Under the pieces are notes generated by a model. It was not told the DNA's origin. It searched no databases and saw nothing but the letters and a program-made list of their open reading frames with translations. 64,000 nucleotides of DNA from Laetmonice hystrix (Eukaryota), in contig OZ249436.1 of assembly GCA_965235115.1 (NCBI GenBank), positions 50,408,001 to 50,472,000 on the forward strand, written 5' to 3'. The position numbers were made by a program, and so were the translations under genes. Positions 49,940 through 64,000 of the stretch are shown piece by piece. Numbering within the stretch: the first letter of the stretch is position 1; the number at the start of each line of letters is the position of its first letter.

Positions 49940-52813
49940 TTAAGGCGTCATGTGTCTTTCGCACGTATGACGATCTGCATCAGATTCCTACTGCCTATGA
50001 TAGGCGTATATTTAAAACAAGCTTTAGGAAAACATAAAAGAATAAAGGGGGCGGAAGGATTCGGTAAGTGTATAATTCTATATCACAACTATAATGGTTT
50101 TTGACCCGTGTAGGTAGGCTAGGTAGGTATTTATTGACAAAAGTACAATACATAAAAAGGCGCAGGGCAAAGCACGTTCTTTCGTCCATTGTAGCTGTAC
50201 CAAACATCGCAAGTATTTACGAAATACGTTTGCTGAATATTATACAAGACGTCAGGACAATCTACCATGAAAGATGATGTATCTGTCGCTGACAACACCT
50301 GGCACTGTGCACACCACGCCCATCTCTAATACCTAACCTTCCCGCTAATAGCATACCGTAAAACAGGAGCAATAGGCCACAGTGGTGAACTGCTACCCAG
50401 CGCTAGCAGTCTCCGGGACTAAAGGTTCCCACAGAGAGCTTTAAAAGATCCCACTACGATTTGCATCATCCCTACCATCACTCATCGCACTGGAAGCCCA
50501 AAGACAGTGTTATTCTCTGTGTGGTATAATCCACCTCGACAAGCTCTTAATCCGAGCAGCAGGCGCCGCTGATTTTCGCCCAGTTTAAATCTGCACCGCG
50601 TGTTAAAGAGGTATTCAGTCCCAACATGTATCAGATTATACCTGGGGTGAATATCTATTAATTTTACTACGTTTAAATTAAGGCCGTGCTGAGACCTACT
50701 TTAAACCAGAAAGTATTATAATCCCATCTCCAGGCCCTCCTCTTTCACTCCGGTGTAAAGTCAGCAGTATACGTGGAGTCCTAATGATCACAATTCTGAA
50801 TAAAAAAAAGCAATTTTATTAATTATTTTCTCGGTAAATCAACTTACTGCTCGGACATGAACATAGTAGTGTTCATTTCCATGAACACGTTGGATCGTAT
50901 GACCACCAGAGCTCTGACACTGGAGACATCTGATATATACAGGAACGGCTGTCGGTACGTCTTCTCGAGACGATTGTCTTGCTACCCAAGGAAGGGTGGC
51001 GGGGGGGGGGAGGCGACCGTTTCCTGGAAACCAGTCAAAGGTTTAGCCCCCCCCCACCTCCACACACACACTGTCTTTACACAATTATTAATAAAATCTG
51101 CATTTTCCCGGCTTTATTTTCAGTCTGATTTTCGGCAAATTCCTTGCCTAAAACGCAATAAAGCACTCCAATTTTTCAATATTTTCGGGGGGGGGGGGGA
51201 CGTGCCCCGGCAACGGACCCTAGCACGCTCATATTCAAAACCAGTCGAGAAACAACTCTGGATCCGCCCCTGCTATCCTATAACATGTACGTCTTTTTTT
51301 TTTCATTTTCTCATTACAAAATACTCCTCATCATTTGGGCTGCCAGGCCCCATTATGAGAGGTTGTAAAGAAAGTGAATTTTCTCCCGATGACTGTATTC
51401 CTTCCTCTTGATTCTTCTGATATGGTTGTGTTCACGTTTGTTAGCGAGACACGCTGCTCAAACAAGGCTTCCGTCTCGTGAAACGATATCTGACACAGAC
51501 TGTAAGTGGATTCGGTGAGAACTCAGTGAGAACTTTAAAACATAAACGGGCTTTAATTCGTATCCTCGATCAGTTCCAACACCATGAGAGGCCTTTGACA
51601 TGGCTATGACAGTATGAGTATGACACTTGCTGGTCACCGAGCATTGTTCCTATTTGATTCAATTCACTTTATCTACTCTACATTCCATATATTCCGTAGT
51701 TTTTTCCGTTTCATGTCCCTTGGTTGGTCACATTCTGGGGTACGGGGGCTGATATTTTCTTTTACTGTCCCTGCTTCATCGTTCGTCTCTCTCCCTGAAC
51801 ACATGCAGCACGCCACCTTTTTTGTTTTAGGTCTGACGATGGTACATCATTTAAATCACCAATCCATCTACACAGACAATACATTATTACAAATACCTTT
51901 AACGTATTAACCAAAGTAACATTTAATGCCAGAGGAGCTAGTATCAGAAACGGCTACTGGATCCTTTAGAGATCTATCATTTGATCATGCTAAAAGGCTA
52001 TAGTCTGACATGGAAATGAAGAGAGTATTGTTGTCTGCAATGTTTCCGATGTGGGAAATTAAGCGATGTTCAATATACTCGATGACAAATCGATATTAAT
52101 ATCGGGGTCATATACTGTATAATGTGTAATTTGGGAACCTTCAGGTATCTTCAGAATGCATTGGTTTTCTCAGTTTCTTCCACTTTGCCATTAAATGCTC
52201 TCTAATCTGCATGTATGTGGCTGTGCGTCGCCGATTACGTCGCAGAAACCACATACGTGTGCAGTTTGATAGGGTGGGTATGATATTTGACAGAAACTGA
52301 TACCTTGAAACGTGGCAGCGGAGATTAACATTGTGATTTTGATGCTGTAGATGTTTTAGTTCTACTCGTGTATATCAGTTTAGCGCTTACTCAACTAGAA
52401 AGGTTTTCTCTCCTTAATGTTCCAGACGAAAAGAATGGATTTGCTCGCAGCATAACTCGTTTCCGAGTCTACGAGAAGACTAATAGGGTTCCTTCTTACT
52501 TATAATGTTACGACTTGAAATTACCTGTTTCTGGAAATAGGCCATACGGGGGTCATACGGGGCAGCCACTGGACCTAATAGGTTCCATCGATCATAGACA
52601 TACGTCCAGTCGAACTAAGTAATCGATGGACAGAGTAATGCTACTCGAAGACAGTCTTACTATGTCCCTTTGGGAGATATTTATTTACAGAAATTAAGGT
52701 AGTTTGACTTCTAATGCTTCTCGTTAAAAGACTAAATATGTAATAACATTTGGAGTACATCAGAACTTCTACATCTATAATCTACGTCTATGATTGAGAG
52801 AACATATAAAGTA

Positions 52814-53360
52814 CAGTTACGTCCAAAATTATTCATACCCAATGAAAAATGTAGTATTTTGATATTATCTTATACATAAAAGCTGAACTGGTTGAACATA
52901 TGCTTTATTCTTGCAACTATTATTTTGTAGTACAGACCTACATAGTAATAATACATTATTCGTAGAATAACACAAATAATAGTTCTATTTTTTATGCTCC
53001 TCTAAAATTATTCATAACCCCTTACCGGCCTCGGAATTCAGCCAAATTGCCGTTCTTGTGGCATTTCTAAAACCGTTTGGAGGCTGTAAGTGCAAACAAA
53101 AGGCTTTGCCGGTAATTACTAAGAAAGGGTCCATTATATTTTTTCGTGTTTCGTCAGGTAATATTTTGTCTTCATCGCAATTTTTCGATCTAATCTAGTC
53201 TCAGTAAAGAATGCTAAATCGTCGATATTTAAAACTGAAAAAAAACTATAGTGATTTCCTTAAAAATAACACATGCATGCCCAATGGGCCACCGTACTCT
53301 TGGGATGAGTTTGCCACAAGACCTCAGCGATACCATTATTCGTTCTGTAGAATATTTTAA
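52814..53360 (+). mobile_element. Left end of a decayed Tc1-like (IR/DR type) element with the start of a transposase-like ORF
   Basis: TA|CAGTTACGTCCAAAATTATTCATACCC, with AAAATTATTCATA repeated at about 53004. From 53284 it reads MGHRTLGMSLPQDLSDTIIRSV, loosely like Tc1 N-termini. No right TIR was found. Confidence 0.55.
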
Positions 53361-55080
53361 CGCACACGACGTAGATGGCAGATGTCGAGGTATGAATCCA
53401 CAGGTCCCATCCTCCTGCATGGGTAGTATAGAAAGGGGGTCGATTTCACAGGGCACCAAATCTGATAGAATCTTCCATCTATAGGTCGGCCCTAAGGAGC
53501 GGGATGAGAAGGAGCAGCATTCACTGTATAATCTATACACCACGAGTCTTCTACTAGTCTAACGAGACTATAGCACGCGATGCAGAACGTATCTACTTCT
53601 TTCTAAGTCGAACGAAGACAGACATACTGTCGTGCTGCCTGTAAAAGGAAGCCGGCCAGCAGGAAATCCTGAAAAAATATGTCACGTGTATAAAAGAACC
53701 AAAGCCTTATAGATACTATACGGTTCGTGCAATATGTGACTATACTGCATGCACGCTGTAGCTCTACACAGACACAAATAATGAAATAATGTTATTATAT
53801 TAGTATTGAATTATCCGAGTATCATGTCTTGTGTTTGTAAAAACACAAATATTTAGATACTAGTATGTGGTCATCATTGCATTTTCGTTGATACTCCGAT
53901 CTCAGGTTTAGACCTCCTCTGCCGCTATTTGATCTAGGGTCACTTCGTTACTAATAAATAGATACCACAATACGACAGATACGACTAATGATTGCTTACA
54001 TGAACAATTTATAATCCTAAGAACTGTTAGAAAAATCTTTTGAAATTAAAGCACCACATATTTCATGGATTTTTTTTCTTTATCTGCGCGCTGATTGTAA
54101 ATTCGATTACCATAAGATAGAACTAGACTCTCCTTATTATTCTTTTCTCATCTGTTATCTGCGTGTTTCTGCGGATACGAAATTCACGGTTATATTAGGA
54201 AAGAAACCTTATAATATGTTCAAATAAATATATATTTTTCTTTTGAAGTTTACTTTGTAGTACCTATTTCTTCGTGTTTCAAGAATGGTAATATGTGATC
54301 GGCTTTATTAAGCTATCATACTGACACAAGTCAACTCTCCAAAGGCACTTTCTGCATGGAAAAACGGCTATCACCAAGAAATATATCGAGATGTTTTCAA
54401 ACGTAAACATATTCTGATTATTTCACCTGTACTTCTATCCAATTCATAGATCTGAAACCAAGCATGCCACATCTTATACTACGACAACAAGGCCTACAAT
54501 TGGTTGGCAATATTTATTGGCAGCGATGAGGTGACAGGTTACGGCTGTTCATACACAGACCACATTGTTTGACCAGATTAACATACTGATTGATTATAAG
54601 GCCAAACGGTGGCAGGTCGGGTGCGTGGACCGATCCCCCTATCTTCCCCGTACGTACTTCCAGAGGTTAACGCCGAAATTATTCACGTCCCGGTGAAGAT
54701 TACCCCAAGAAACGATGTCAGCGAACATCATTCATAATGTCACATCACGTCCAGGAAGATATTTCCGAAATTTACTAATTTATCGGATGACTTGTCAACA
54801 CGCCCTGATCTAATCATGGCACAGGTATTGTAATTTACCAGTTTGGAAGATGAGATGACCTTTCCTTATGCCCTGCCCCTAAACCTCGCAACATGGGCCT
54901 CATCGACTGCAAGGTGATGTTGACAGTGCTTACCTGTCATGCATGTATTGTAAGCCTCGATCAATCATCTCTCTCGTATGTTTCCATTAAAATTATTGTC
55001 TTCACGTATCTTTTAATCTCTTTACCAAAACCAGGATGCATAAAGTCCGGTTTAACAGGAGGTCTGAGAATTTAAGAAAG

Positions 55081-55399
<319 letters not shown>

Positions 55400-56512
55400 T
55401 ATCAGCATTATCATCTATACATGTAAAAGATACATTTTTACACATAATCCTTCTTGGGCCTACTAATAATGTCCGGCTTCGGGATCCAGGCGCAATGCAC
55501 ACTTTGACTCCTGTAGAAACAAGTGTATTGACGTCGATCGGTCTATATTAATGTAGTCCTACATGGTGACAAAGCCATGCTTACACTGAGGATAAATCAC
55601 TATTCCATATATAATGTTGAATTATTCACGTGTGAGAAGTTACTGCAGGATGACATATGAAACATTGAAAAATGTAAATCTCGCTCAATCAACAAGTCAG
55701 ACGTCTCGTGAAGGTGACGCAGCATGGCGCCTTGGACAAAAGATGGACGTTTAACAGCATATATTGAACTTGATAGGGGCCTACAGAATTATAACCGCAT
55801 CTAACCCCAACCTCTGATGTAGGAACAAGTCACTTTACACAATCTATAATGTTCCTGCACTATATGGAATCACAGGAATATTTACATTGTGTGAGATCTA
55901 GGCATTCGTGGTGTTTTCCTGAACTTGTGTTCTATAGCAAAACCACATGACTGAAGGAAGAACGAAATGCGTCCAAACATATTCCACATTGACACTTTAT
56001 GTGGCGGACAGCTGCTGGCCTTTCGTTATGATACACCGGTTTACTGCCTGAAGCCGGACGGATTGTGTGTACACGCGACGCGACGACCGCTTTACATTCC
56101 TAACAGCTGTATTTACATCAGTGCGCGCAATATTCAGAAAGCAAAGTTGTTGAGTTGAATGGTTTGGTTACTATGCGTGTGGCATTAGTGATGGAACCGG
56201 TGGTTTGGGCGGACGGCGCTGTGTTGTCCAAAGAGGACGTCGTATTTGGTGGTTAATGTCGCCTCCACAGATGGCAATGTAAACGATGGCTGACAACCCA
56301 ACATTCATTATACGTACTCAGTCACGTCTCATTCCCATTTTGTGGGCAGACATGTGTGCTCACCGGTACACTGTTCATTTCTAAATCTGTGCCTTCTAAT
56401 TCAGCTGGAAATAATCTGGAGTATACCAAACGGCATTCTGTCCAGGCAAGAGATAGAGATTGGTCGTAACCTACAGTTATTGCCGCCTTCAAACGATAAC
56501 CTTGGATGGTGT

Positions 56513-56530
56513 TTCTCTCTGTCTCTTCTC

Positions 56531-56581
<51 letters not shown>
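56513..56581. repeat. (CT)n microsatellite
   Basis: Slightly interrupted CT run. Confidence 0.95.
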
Positions 56582-56585
<4 letters not shown>

Positions 56586-59012
56586 CTCTGATTACACGAT
56601 TACTGATTACACGATTACACATTGCAAGCATTATTTTCAGCACGTCAACAAAATACGGTCTTGAACTGCACGTTGATGAAAAATGAATGGAATATGGATT
56701 AAATTCGAACCTGGTGTCAACCGTTTTAATAACTGTTTTGCGGGAAGATCCTCTCTTCCTTCCAAAACATCAGCCACCTGAACGACAATGGATAGTCTCT
56801 GGTTATTATAACCTTTTCAGGATACCAACGTTATCTTGTGATCGAAGAGAAAAGAAGAAATGTCTCTATAGATACTCTCAATTTCAAGGAAAATACAGTG
56901 GCAGCTCTCCAAAACGAAAAGAACTCACGACAAATAATTATCAATTTTGGCAGCAGCTGTCGGATGTATTAAATTTTCACATGAAGACAAGAATTAAGAA
57001 TCGAAGCCGCCGATAATTGTTGGACAGTGCGTTGGGCTGCACACGTCGGCCCAACGTTCGCCGAGAGGGGAGGGCGTGCCCTCAAGTCATTGTAGAAGGT
57101 TCCCAGAATGAGATGACAGTGGAATCCTCATTTTACATCATCATGTATATTTCTTTATACTGTACCACTAGAATATGTTTCTAACATAGCAATGTCAGAT
57201 CTCAAGGAAACCTCATTTGCTTGAGAAAATATTTTTGGCGTATTGACCGTGTACATGTGGGTGATCATTGGTATATTTGGCGCCTAGTGTGATGCTCCTG
57301 GCGTCGCCATCACTGGACATTTCAGTTTGAACTCTTGAACACGGTAGACCCTCCTCATTAGTTGTGGATGCAAAATTTGTCGATGGACTGTGGCCTGCAA
57401 ACGGTTGCAAATTAGTTTCTATCTAGGGCCAGACACCAACATAAGATTCTGCATAATTTTTCTGTGCATTTTATGTGGACTATGTTGGGCCAACCTTGTG
57501 CCAAGGAAATGATTTTTTTTCTGTAGCATAAAATGTATGAACTGTGTTTTCGAATAGACCAATACAACTTCAATTCTGGCCATAATCGACTTATATTTTT
57601 TTCCAGTTGTAACGATCTTTGAAGACCCTCACACGTCAGCGTGGAAATTGGCAAAGTGCACGTAGTTGGACTTGGCGCCTGCGACGTCCATACTGGCAGT
57701 GAATGACGTCGGTGAAGTACTTGGCCGCACCTCTCGCCAATCAGGGCCATCCCGGAGACAACCGACCCCCGTCGAAATGATAACAATTCGTCAGGAACCT
57801 CTGGAAGGTCCGAGTATCGTGATTGCTTCTACTAGTCTGAGTGGAGCACTGGTTCGAAACACACGGAATAACAATAGACTTCGGTAGATGTCGTGTGTGC
57901 CTTGTTACCTGGATTATATAACTGGGCAAGCATCCTATTGTGGTCAGTCTACTGGGGAGGCCAGTCTGTATGGGGATACAACCACTTGGATTACCGAACA
58001 GATTAACACCTGGGACCGGATTATCCCTCAACATGGCCCTGATCAGGGTTAATGACAACTACCCAGTGCGTGAGTAGAAACCTTCTGAGTTCATTTTGTT
58101 GTCAGTGCATGTGGCTCCACCTTTCAGGGTCGATCGCGAGGTGAATTTAAACGGAGTGATCCTGAAAAAAGAAGACGTCATAATTATACAGGACGGATGT
58201 TTCCTCCTTGTTAGATGGCACTTCAGCGTCGTGTCTTGTGTACAACAAATCAACGGAGCACAATAATATCTCTAAAGGGTATTTTGTAACCTTTTAACGT
58301 TTTCTTATCTGCGACCTTTAATTTATTGTCCATCCTACTATCCTTTACTACCAAAAAATGAAATCCTGTAATCCTAGAATGCCACGTGTCTCGTGCTTTC
58401 CTTTGATGTTGAGTCAGAGATCAAAATGTTGGGGTTCCCGATGAAGTGTGACATATGTCAAGCTGTGATATTGCACACAAAGAAAACTACATTGTCATGT
58501 GCGGAACACGGTATGAACATGTCGAAACCGTATGAAGTCATATGGCGTATATCGCGTGGAAACCTTCCCAATATCAAAGGACCTTTTCAAAGCATGATGA
58601 AAGGATGACTCAGTCACTCTGTGCAACGTATTCAACGGAGACAAAGGTCTTTCATCCTAATCGTAATCCCCCCCCTCCCGGAAACTGGTGCCGATCTGAT
58701 CTGATGGCTTGTCTCCACTCATTCTGATGTAGTCTATACCTGTAGGGAGTGCGAGTGTTCGAGAATATCTCATCTAAGACATATCGATCACATCTAAACA
58801 CACATCCCTCCTCCCGACATCCCCAGCAGGCTCCATCACCGTCGTCATTCCCATGATATGGGGTATAGGATTTCAGATAGCTTAACGCGTGGTAATGGAA
58901 TAAGTTTTATAATGATGTAAGATTCAATGTTAGGGCAAGAATTAGAGTTATTAGGGATACAATGAGTTGAGGTAGGTTGTAGGTTGTAGGTTATATAGGC
59001 CTACGTTAGAGA

Positions 59013-59222
59013 CATAGCCGTAGGGGACCGATTTTGTTTGGGGGGAGGGGGGCAAGGAGATGTTGTCCGCAAAATCGACCACCGATTTTCTAGCATCATA
59101 AAATCGGGCAAAATTCACCCAAACTTTTCGTCATATACTGCCCGATTTTTTCTCGACAGATTGTCAGAAAAATCTCAGTGGGGGGCGGATGTCCCCCCTG
59201 ACCCCCGACTTCTACGGCTATG
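59013..59222. mobile_element. hAT-type MITE, 210 bp, with a perfect 8-bp TSD
   Basis: GTTAGAGA|CATAGCCGTAG ... CTACGGCTATG|GTTAGAGA: perfect 11-bp TIRs and an identical 8-bp duplication at 59005-59012 and 59223-59230. Confidence 0.93.
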
Positions 59223-60071
59223 GTTAGAGATAATGTTAACTATGGTCCGTATTGGCGGCACAGATTGTACCGGACGTATAGGTAGGTATCTGAGAGAGAG
59301 ATAATTATGGTCAGTTGATATTTACCAGCGACTGCAGGTTGGGGGGGGGGTGGTATCTAATATTCCCGAGAACGCAGCGCTGCACGGGGGCCATGACCAT
59401 GGTTTCCGTACATAGGGCCGAGGTTTAGCCACTGGATATACTTGTGAAGGGCGGGGTCTCCGGCCGAATATATATCGGTTCTATGTGGGCTGCCTTCCTG
59501 GCCGCCGGATACTGTTGTATTGATATCGATTTACGATATAGGTAAAGTGGCTCGCTATAATCCATGACATATATCTGATGTAATACTCGGGTGTCAAACG
59601 TGAAGTTGTGAGAACGGTTCAAGACAAGATCCAGAGCCGGTAGGACAGAGTAGTGCAGTGCTATGGTGGTACAGCAACGATTGTCGTATTATTATCTCGT
59701 TCAAATAACACTTGTTTAGATTTCTATGTCTACCTGATGTGATTTTTGATGTATAGCCCGAACATTGACTAAACCCATACAATAATGAGCAACCATGCAG
59801 TAAGAACTTTGTTCTATTACTCCCCGCCACCGCTTTCATACCAAACCCATTACCTGATACCGAATACAAACGTGTAAAAAATTGACATGTTGAGTGTAAC
59901 TAGGGGAACTTGTTTTACATTTATTATATGATCTGCACAATCACTGCATATGGGGATAAATATATGAATATCCTATTTGGCAGCGTGTAATATGAAAATT
60001 ATTGCGGGGGGGGGGGGGGGGTTCTCTTACCCCACAACTGGGGCGTAAATGTATTTATTGACACAGTTTGT

Positions 60072-61035
60072 CCTGGTCTCTGAGATGGAATTCCTTTCTT
60101 GCGTTCCCTGGTCTGAGATGGAATTCCTTTCTTGCGTTCCCTGGTCTGAGATGGAATTCCTTTCTTGCCTTCCCTGGTCTGAGATGGAATTCCTTTCTTG
60201 CGTTCCCTGGTCTGAGTTGGAATTCCTTTCTTGCGTTCCCTGGTCTGAGATAGAATTCCTTTCTTGCGTTCCCTGGTCTGAGATGGAATTCCTTTCTTGC
60301 GTTCCCTGGTCTGAGATGGAATTCCTTTCTTGCGTTCCCTGGTCTGAGATAGAATTCCTTTCTTGCGTTCCCTGGTCTGAGATGGAATTCCTTTCTTGCG
60401 TTCCCTGGTCTGAGATAGAGTTCGTTTCTTGCGTTCCCTGGTCTGAGATAGAATTCCTTTCTTGCGTTCCCTGGTCTGAGATAGAGTTCGTTTCTTGCGT
60501 TCCCTGGTCTGAGATAGAGTTCGTTTCTTGCGTTCCCTGGTCTGAGATGGAATTCCTTTCTTGCGTTCCCTGGTCTGAGATAGAGTTCGTTTCTTGCGTT
60601 CCCTGGTCTGAGATGGAATTCCTTTCTTGCGTTCCCTGGTCTGAGATAGAGTTCGTTTCTTGCGTTCCCTGGTCTGAGATGGAATTCCTTTCTTGCGTTC
60701 CCTGGTCTGAGATGGAATTCCTTTCTTGCGTTCCCTGGTCTGAGCTGGAATTCCTTTCTTGCGTTCCCTGGTCTGAGATAGAATTCCTTTCTTGCGTTCC
60801 CTGGTCTGAGATAGAGTTCGTTTCTTGCGTTCCCTGGTCTGAGATAGAGTTCGTTTCTTGCGTTCCCTGGTCTGAGATGGAATTCCTTTCTTGCGTTCCC
60901 TGGTCTGAGATGGAATTCCTTTCTTGCGTTCCCTGGTCTGAGATAGAATTCCTTTCTTGCGTTCCCTGGTCTGAGATGGAATTCCTTTCTTGCGTTCCCT
61001 GGTCTGAGATAGAATTCCTTTCTTGCGTTCCCTGG
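60072..61035. repeat. 33-bp minisatellite, about 29 copies
   Basis: Unit CCTGGTCTGAGATGGAATTCCTTTCTTGCGTTC, with recurrent variants ATAGAATTCC and ATAGAGTTCG. Confidence 0.98.
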
Positions 61036-61368
61036 ATTTCGTATACTTCACAAATGTAGAAATTCCTTCTGATGTGCGATATTAATTTGTTATATTAAGA
61101 TCCCCCTTGACATGAAAGAAATACGACTGTGAATGTATTATTATGATCCAGTCACGAAGAATCGACCGACTGCGGTAGAGAAAGCACATTCTGTCATTGG
61201 ACAGAGTATTAGGTTACCGACCGCGGCGTTATCCCACGTGTCCCTGTGGGGCTACTGTCAGGCGGGGAAGCCACTTTGTAGTTACTATACAGTATTCTGT
61301 CGTCATGAGGTGTGCCTGCAAGTCTTGTCTTACACCGGCGCGAAACCCGGACGGAGCGAGGTGGTTTA

Positions 61369-61569
61369 ATATAAGATTAATGAGAACGGTGGGGTTTTTA
61401 GACTGTATATAAGATTAATGAGAACGGTGGGGTTTAGCTTGGACTGTATATAAGATTAATCAGAACGGTGGGGTTTAGCTTAGACTGTATATAAGATTAA
61501 TGAGAACGGTGGGGGTTTTAGACTGTATATAAGATTAATGAGAACGGTGGGGTTTAGCTTAGACTGTAT
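61369..61569. repeat. 39/41-bp minisatellite, 5 copies
   Basis: TATATAAGATTAATGAGAACGGTGGGG(GTTT/TTTAGC)TTAGACTG-type units. Confidence 0.93.
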
Positions 61570-62213
61570 TATTGACGAGGGTATTCACACTATACCAATA
61601 AAACTGCTGATCGGAAATCAATGACCTGGGGGTCGAGTAAGTGAATTTGTATCCCAAAGGGACCCACCCCCACCCGCCACCCGCCCCACCAGACAGGCCG
61701 ACATGAAATCCAGACAATTATATTTGTCCAGAACTTGCCCGGAGGAATATCTCGTTTAGTTAGTAAAACTGGACAGTGTAAGTGTTACATTGAGTGCCAG
61801 ACCTTGTCCACCTCTGTCACATCGTTTTCCTCATTGCTCCGACAGTGTTTGCCCCACTAGCCTTGCCTAATCCTCCACCAGGTCGATACAGGATTATCAC
61901 CATACGAAATCCTCACATCGATTTCAGTTTTTAGTAGATATTGTAGCTTAATCTGCTCCCCGTATACTGGATGTGCTACGACCAGCCGATTATAACGATT
62001 ATTGGTTTATCGATTTATCCCTGTCAATGACACATTCGATCCGAACAGTTCTACATTATAATTATCCTCCTCCTAATGGTCTCCCCATCCACGACTGGCC
62101 AGATGTTGAGTGATTAATGTATCGGCCGTGTTGTGTGGGGTATACATTTATACTCTGACCCGGGACACCGCGGCTCACCCGCCTAGTACGAATCGTCTTT
62201 GATAGCTGGCAAG

Positions 62214-62517
62214 GCCTGGTTCCGGCCAGATACGTCCGAACGGCTAGTTATGTCCGATAGGAGATAATTATGTGTGCAAACATCAGCTAGATGTGTCCGG
62301 AGGAATTGATATGTCCGCAAATATCAGCTAGATGTGTCCGGATATGTCCACAAATGTCAGCTAGATGTGTCCGGTAATCCGGACATGTCCGCAAATATCA
62401 GCTATAGATGTGTGCGGACATATCAATTTCCCCGGACACATCTAGATGATGTTTGCGGACATAATGTCCTATCGGACATAACTAGCCGTTCGGACGTATA
62501 TCTAGCCGGGACAGGGC
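62214..62517. mobile_element. Fold-back MITE of about 300 bp
   Basis: ATACGTCCGAACGGCTAGTTATGTCCGATAGGA at about 62230 is mirrored exactly at about 62467-62499. Imperfect symmetry continues toward the centre through ATGTCCG/CGGACAT sub-repeats. Confidence 0.9.
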
Positions 62518-64000
62518 TCAATCGAGCAAATCGTTTCCTAGAAAGGAAGCGATTTCCTGGGAACAGGTAGAAATGATGTTGCCCAGTATAAATGATTACA
62601 ATACAGTGTTTGTAAAGTCACTGTTCTGCCGAAGACACTAGTGTCTTCTTGCAGTATTTACATATACTACTAAAAGGGGCGTTCATAATACGTAAAACGT
62701 ACAACATAATGTAGGAAAGATCTTTGATGTCTCACTGGGCAGAGCGACCGGTATAGGCAGGCCATATCGTGGAGACTTGATGCAGACCGGCGGCCATGGA
62801 TGGTCAGATTGGTCACCAGAGATAGAATCATTCGTGTTGGCACGAATTTAACGAACTGTGCCGGTTGGCAGGAGGCCTCAGGCCCAGGCTATTACAGATC
62901 AGATTGTTATGTCCACGAGGTTTATTTCCTGCCAATTACACGGGAGAAATTAACAGAATGGCGGCAAACCCGTCTGTAAGAAACGACACCCAGTCTGAGC
63001 GACGACTTTATGGTCCGTAGTCATGGTTACATGGACGCAGCCCCAAGTGGTGACGAACTTTGTCATAGTGTCCCCATGTGGCTATCATAGTGACCAAGTC
63101 GATCGCGCCCCCTGGAGGGGACATGACACACTGCGGCTGGAACCGTGAGGGCAGGTAAGTCCACCTGGGGGACCCACAGACAGACCATGGCGCTACGTCC
63201 GGTTTTATATACATGTCGTTATCATATATCATATATATCATAAAAACTGTTTGAGTCCTAGAATCAGCGATATCTGTCAAAGTCATGGAGAGGAAGTAAG
63301 ATGTTCTGAATATTGATCTCTTCGGCTTCTGTGAAGTTAATATTATTATACTTCATTATAATCATTATAATTATTAGGCCTATACCTTTGACATTGGAGG
63401 CTGAAATTAACGAATACGCCTGTTCCAGAATAATATTATTGTAGAAAGTAAGAATGAAATCTATTCCGTAGTTAAGTTTTCTATTTCTCAGAAGTCTGAT
63501 TATCATGCTCTGTTACCTTGCCCAGGGCCAAGACAATGGAGGTGATCTAGTTTATCACATGTAGGATAGGTGGCGCTGTAGTTCTATGCTCAGTGCTTGC
63601 CGAATCACCAGTGGCGCCGTCTATGATGAAACCTACGCACTAGGCAGGTCGGCGGGATTCCAGTTTGATTTTTAAATGTTAGAGCATCGACGATCTCGAT
63701 ACTGTCGGTCAACAAGCTAACCGACAGCAATGGGGGACCTACAGTGGCGGAAGGGTGTGTGTGTGTGTGTGGGGGGGGGCACCGTTAAGGAATAATCGGT
63801 AGCTGCCGAAGGCTGCCCATTTTCAGGGGTCTCTCTCTCTTCTTCTCTATCTTTTTTTGGAAAATAGGGGGCCTGGCCGGGTGAGCCCCCCCCCCGCCGA
63901 ATAAGCCACTGACCTACACCGACAATGTTTCCCCTTTCAAACACTATGGAAATGTCTAAAATATAGCATATAAAATTTAACACCCTGTGAATGATATCCT

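Noticed and set aside
57213..58253. Complex sequence with several 65-124 aa ORFs, and similar stop-interrupted frames at about 22080-22440 and 40150-40410
   Set aside because: I recognised no protein family and found no consistent splice model. BLASTX would be needed.
59999..61059. 350-aa and 336-aa repeat ORFs on opposite strands
   Set aside because: They coincide with the 33-bp tandem array. They are open on both strands and have no unique domain or supported splice context.

Overview
This is eukaryotic (metazoan, probably invertebrate) genomic DNA that is gene-poor and rich in repeats. The species cannot be identified from the sequence. Two protein-coding genes are well supported. (1) A + strand gene with one long coding exon (ATG 14005 to stop 16392) encodes a long disordered N-terminal region and a C-terminal six-bladed NHL beta-propeller, with no RING or B-box in that exon. 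Its putative 3' UTR holds five perfect Pumilio elements. (2) A three-exon class A peptide-receptor-like GPCR lies on the - strand (30535-30313, 27989-27454, 27223-27023; 319 aa), with canonical GT-AG junctions and matching phases. The rest is mostly non-autonomous DNA transposons and tandem arrays. The transposons include a 2.06-kb element with perfect 30-bp TIRs, TTAA/Kolobok-like MITEs, an internally deleted mariner, a Tc1 left end, a hAT MITE with an 8-bp TSD and fold-back elements. There is also a V-SINE fragment, eight unrelated minisatellites and several microsatellites. Most long ORFs in the supplied track are repeat artefacts. The most unusual signal is a roughly 20-fold excess of the palindrome TAGGCCTA. 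Comparing two copies of one transposon shows GGCCTA present at TA sites in one copy and absent in the other, which suggests a pervasive excision-footprint or micro-insertion process. I saw no rRNA, tRNA or CRISPR features. All family assignments come from recalled motifs, not database searches, and all counts were made by eye.
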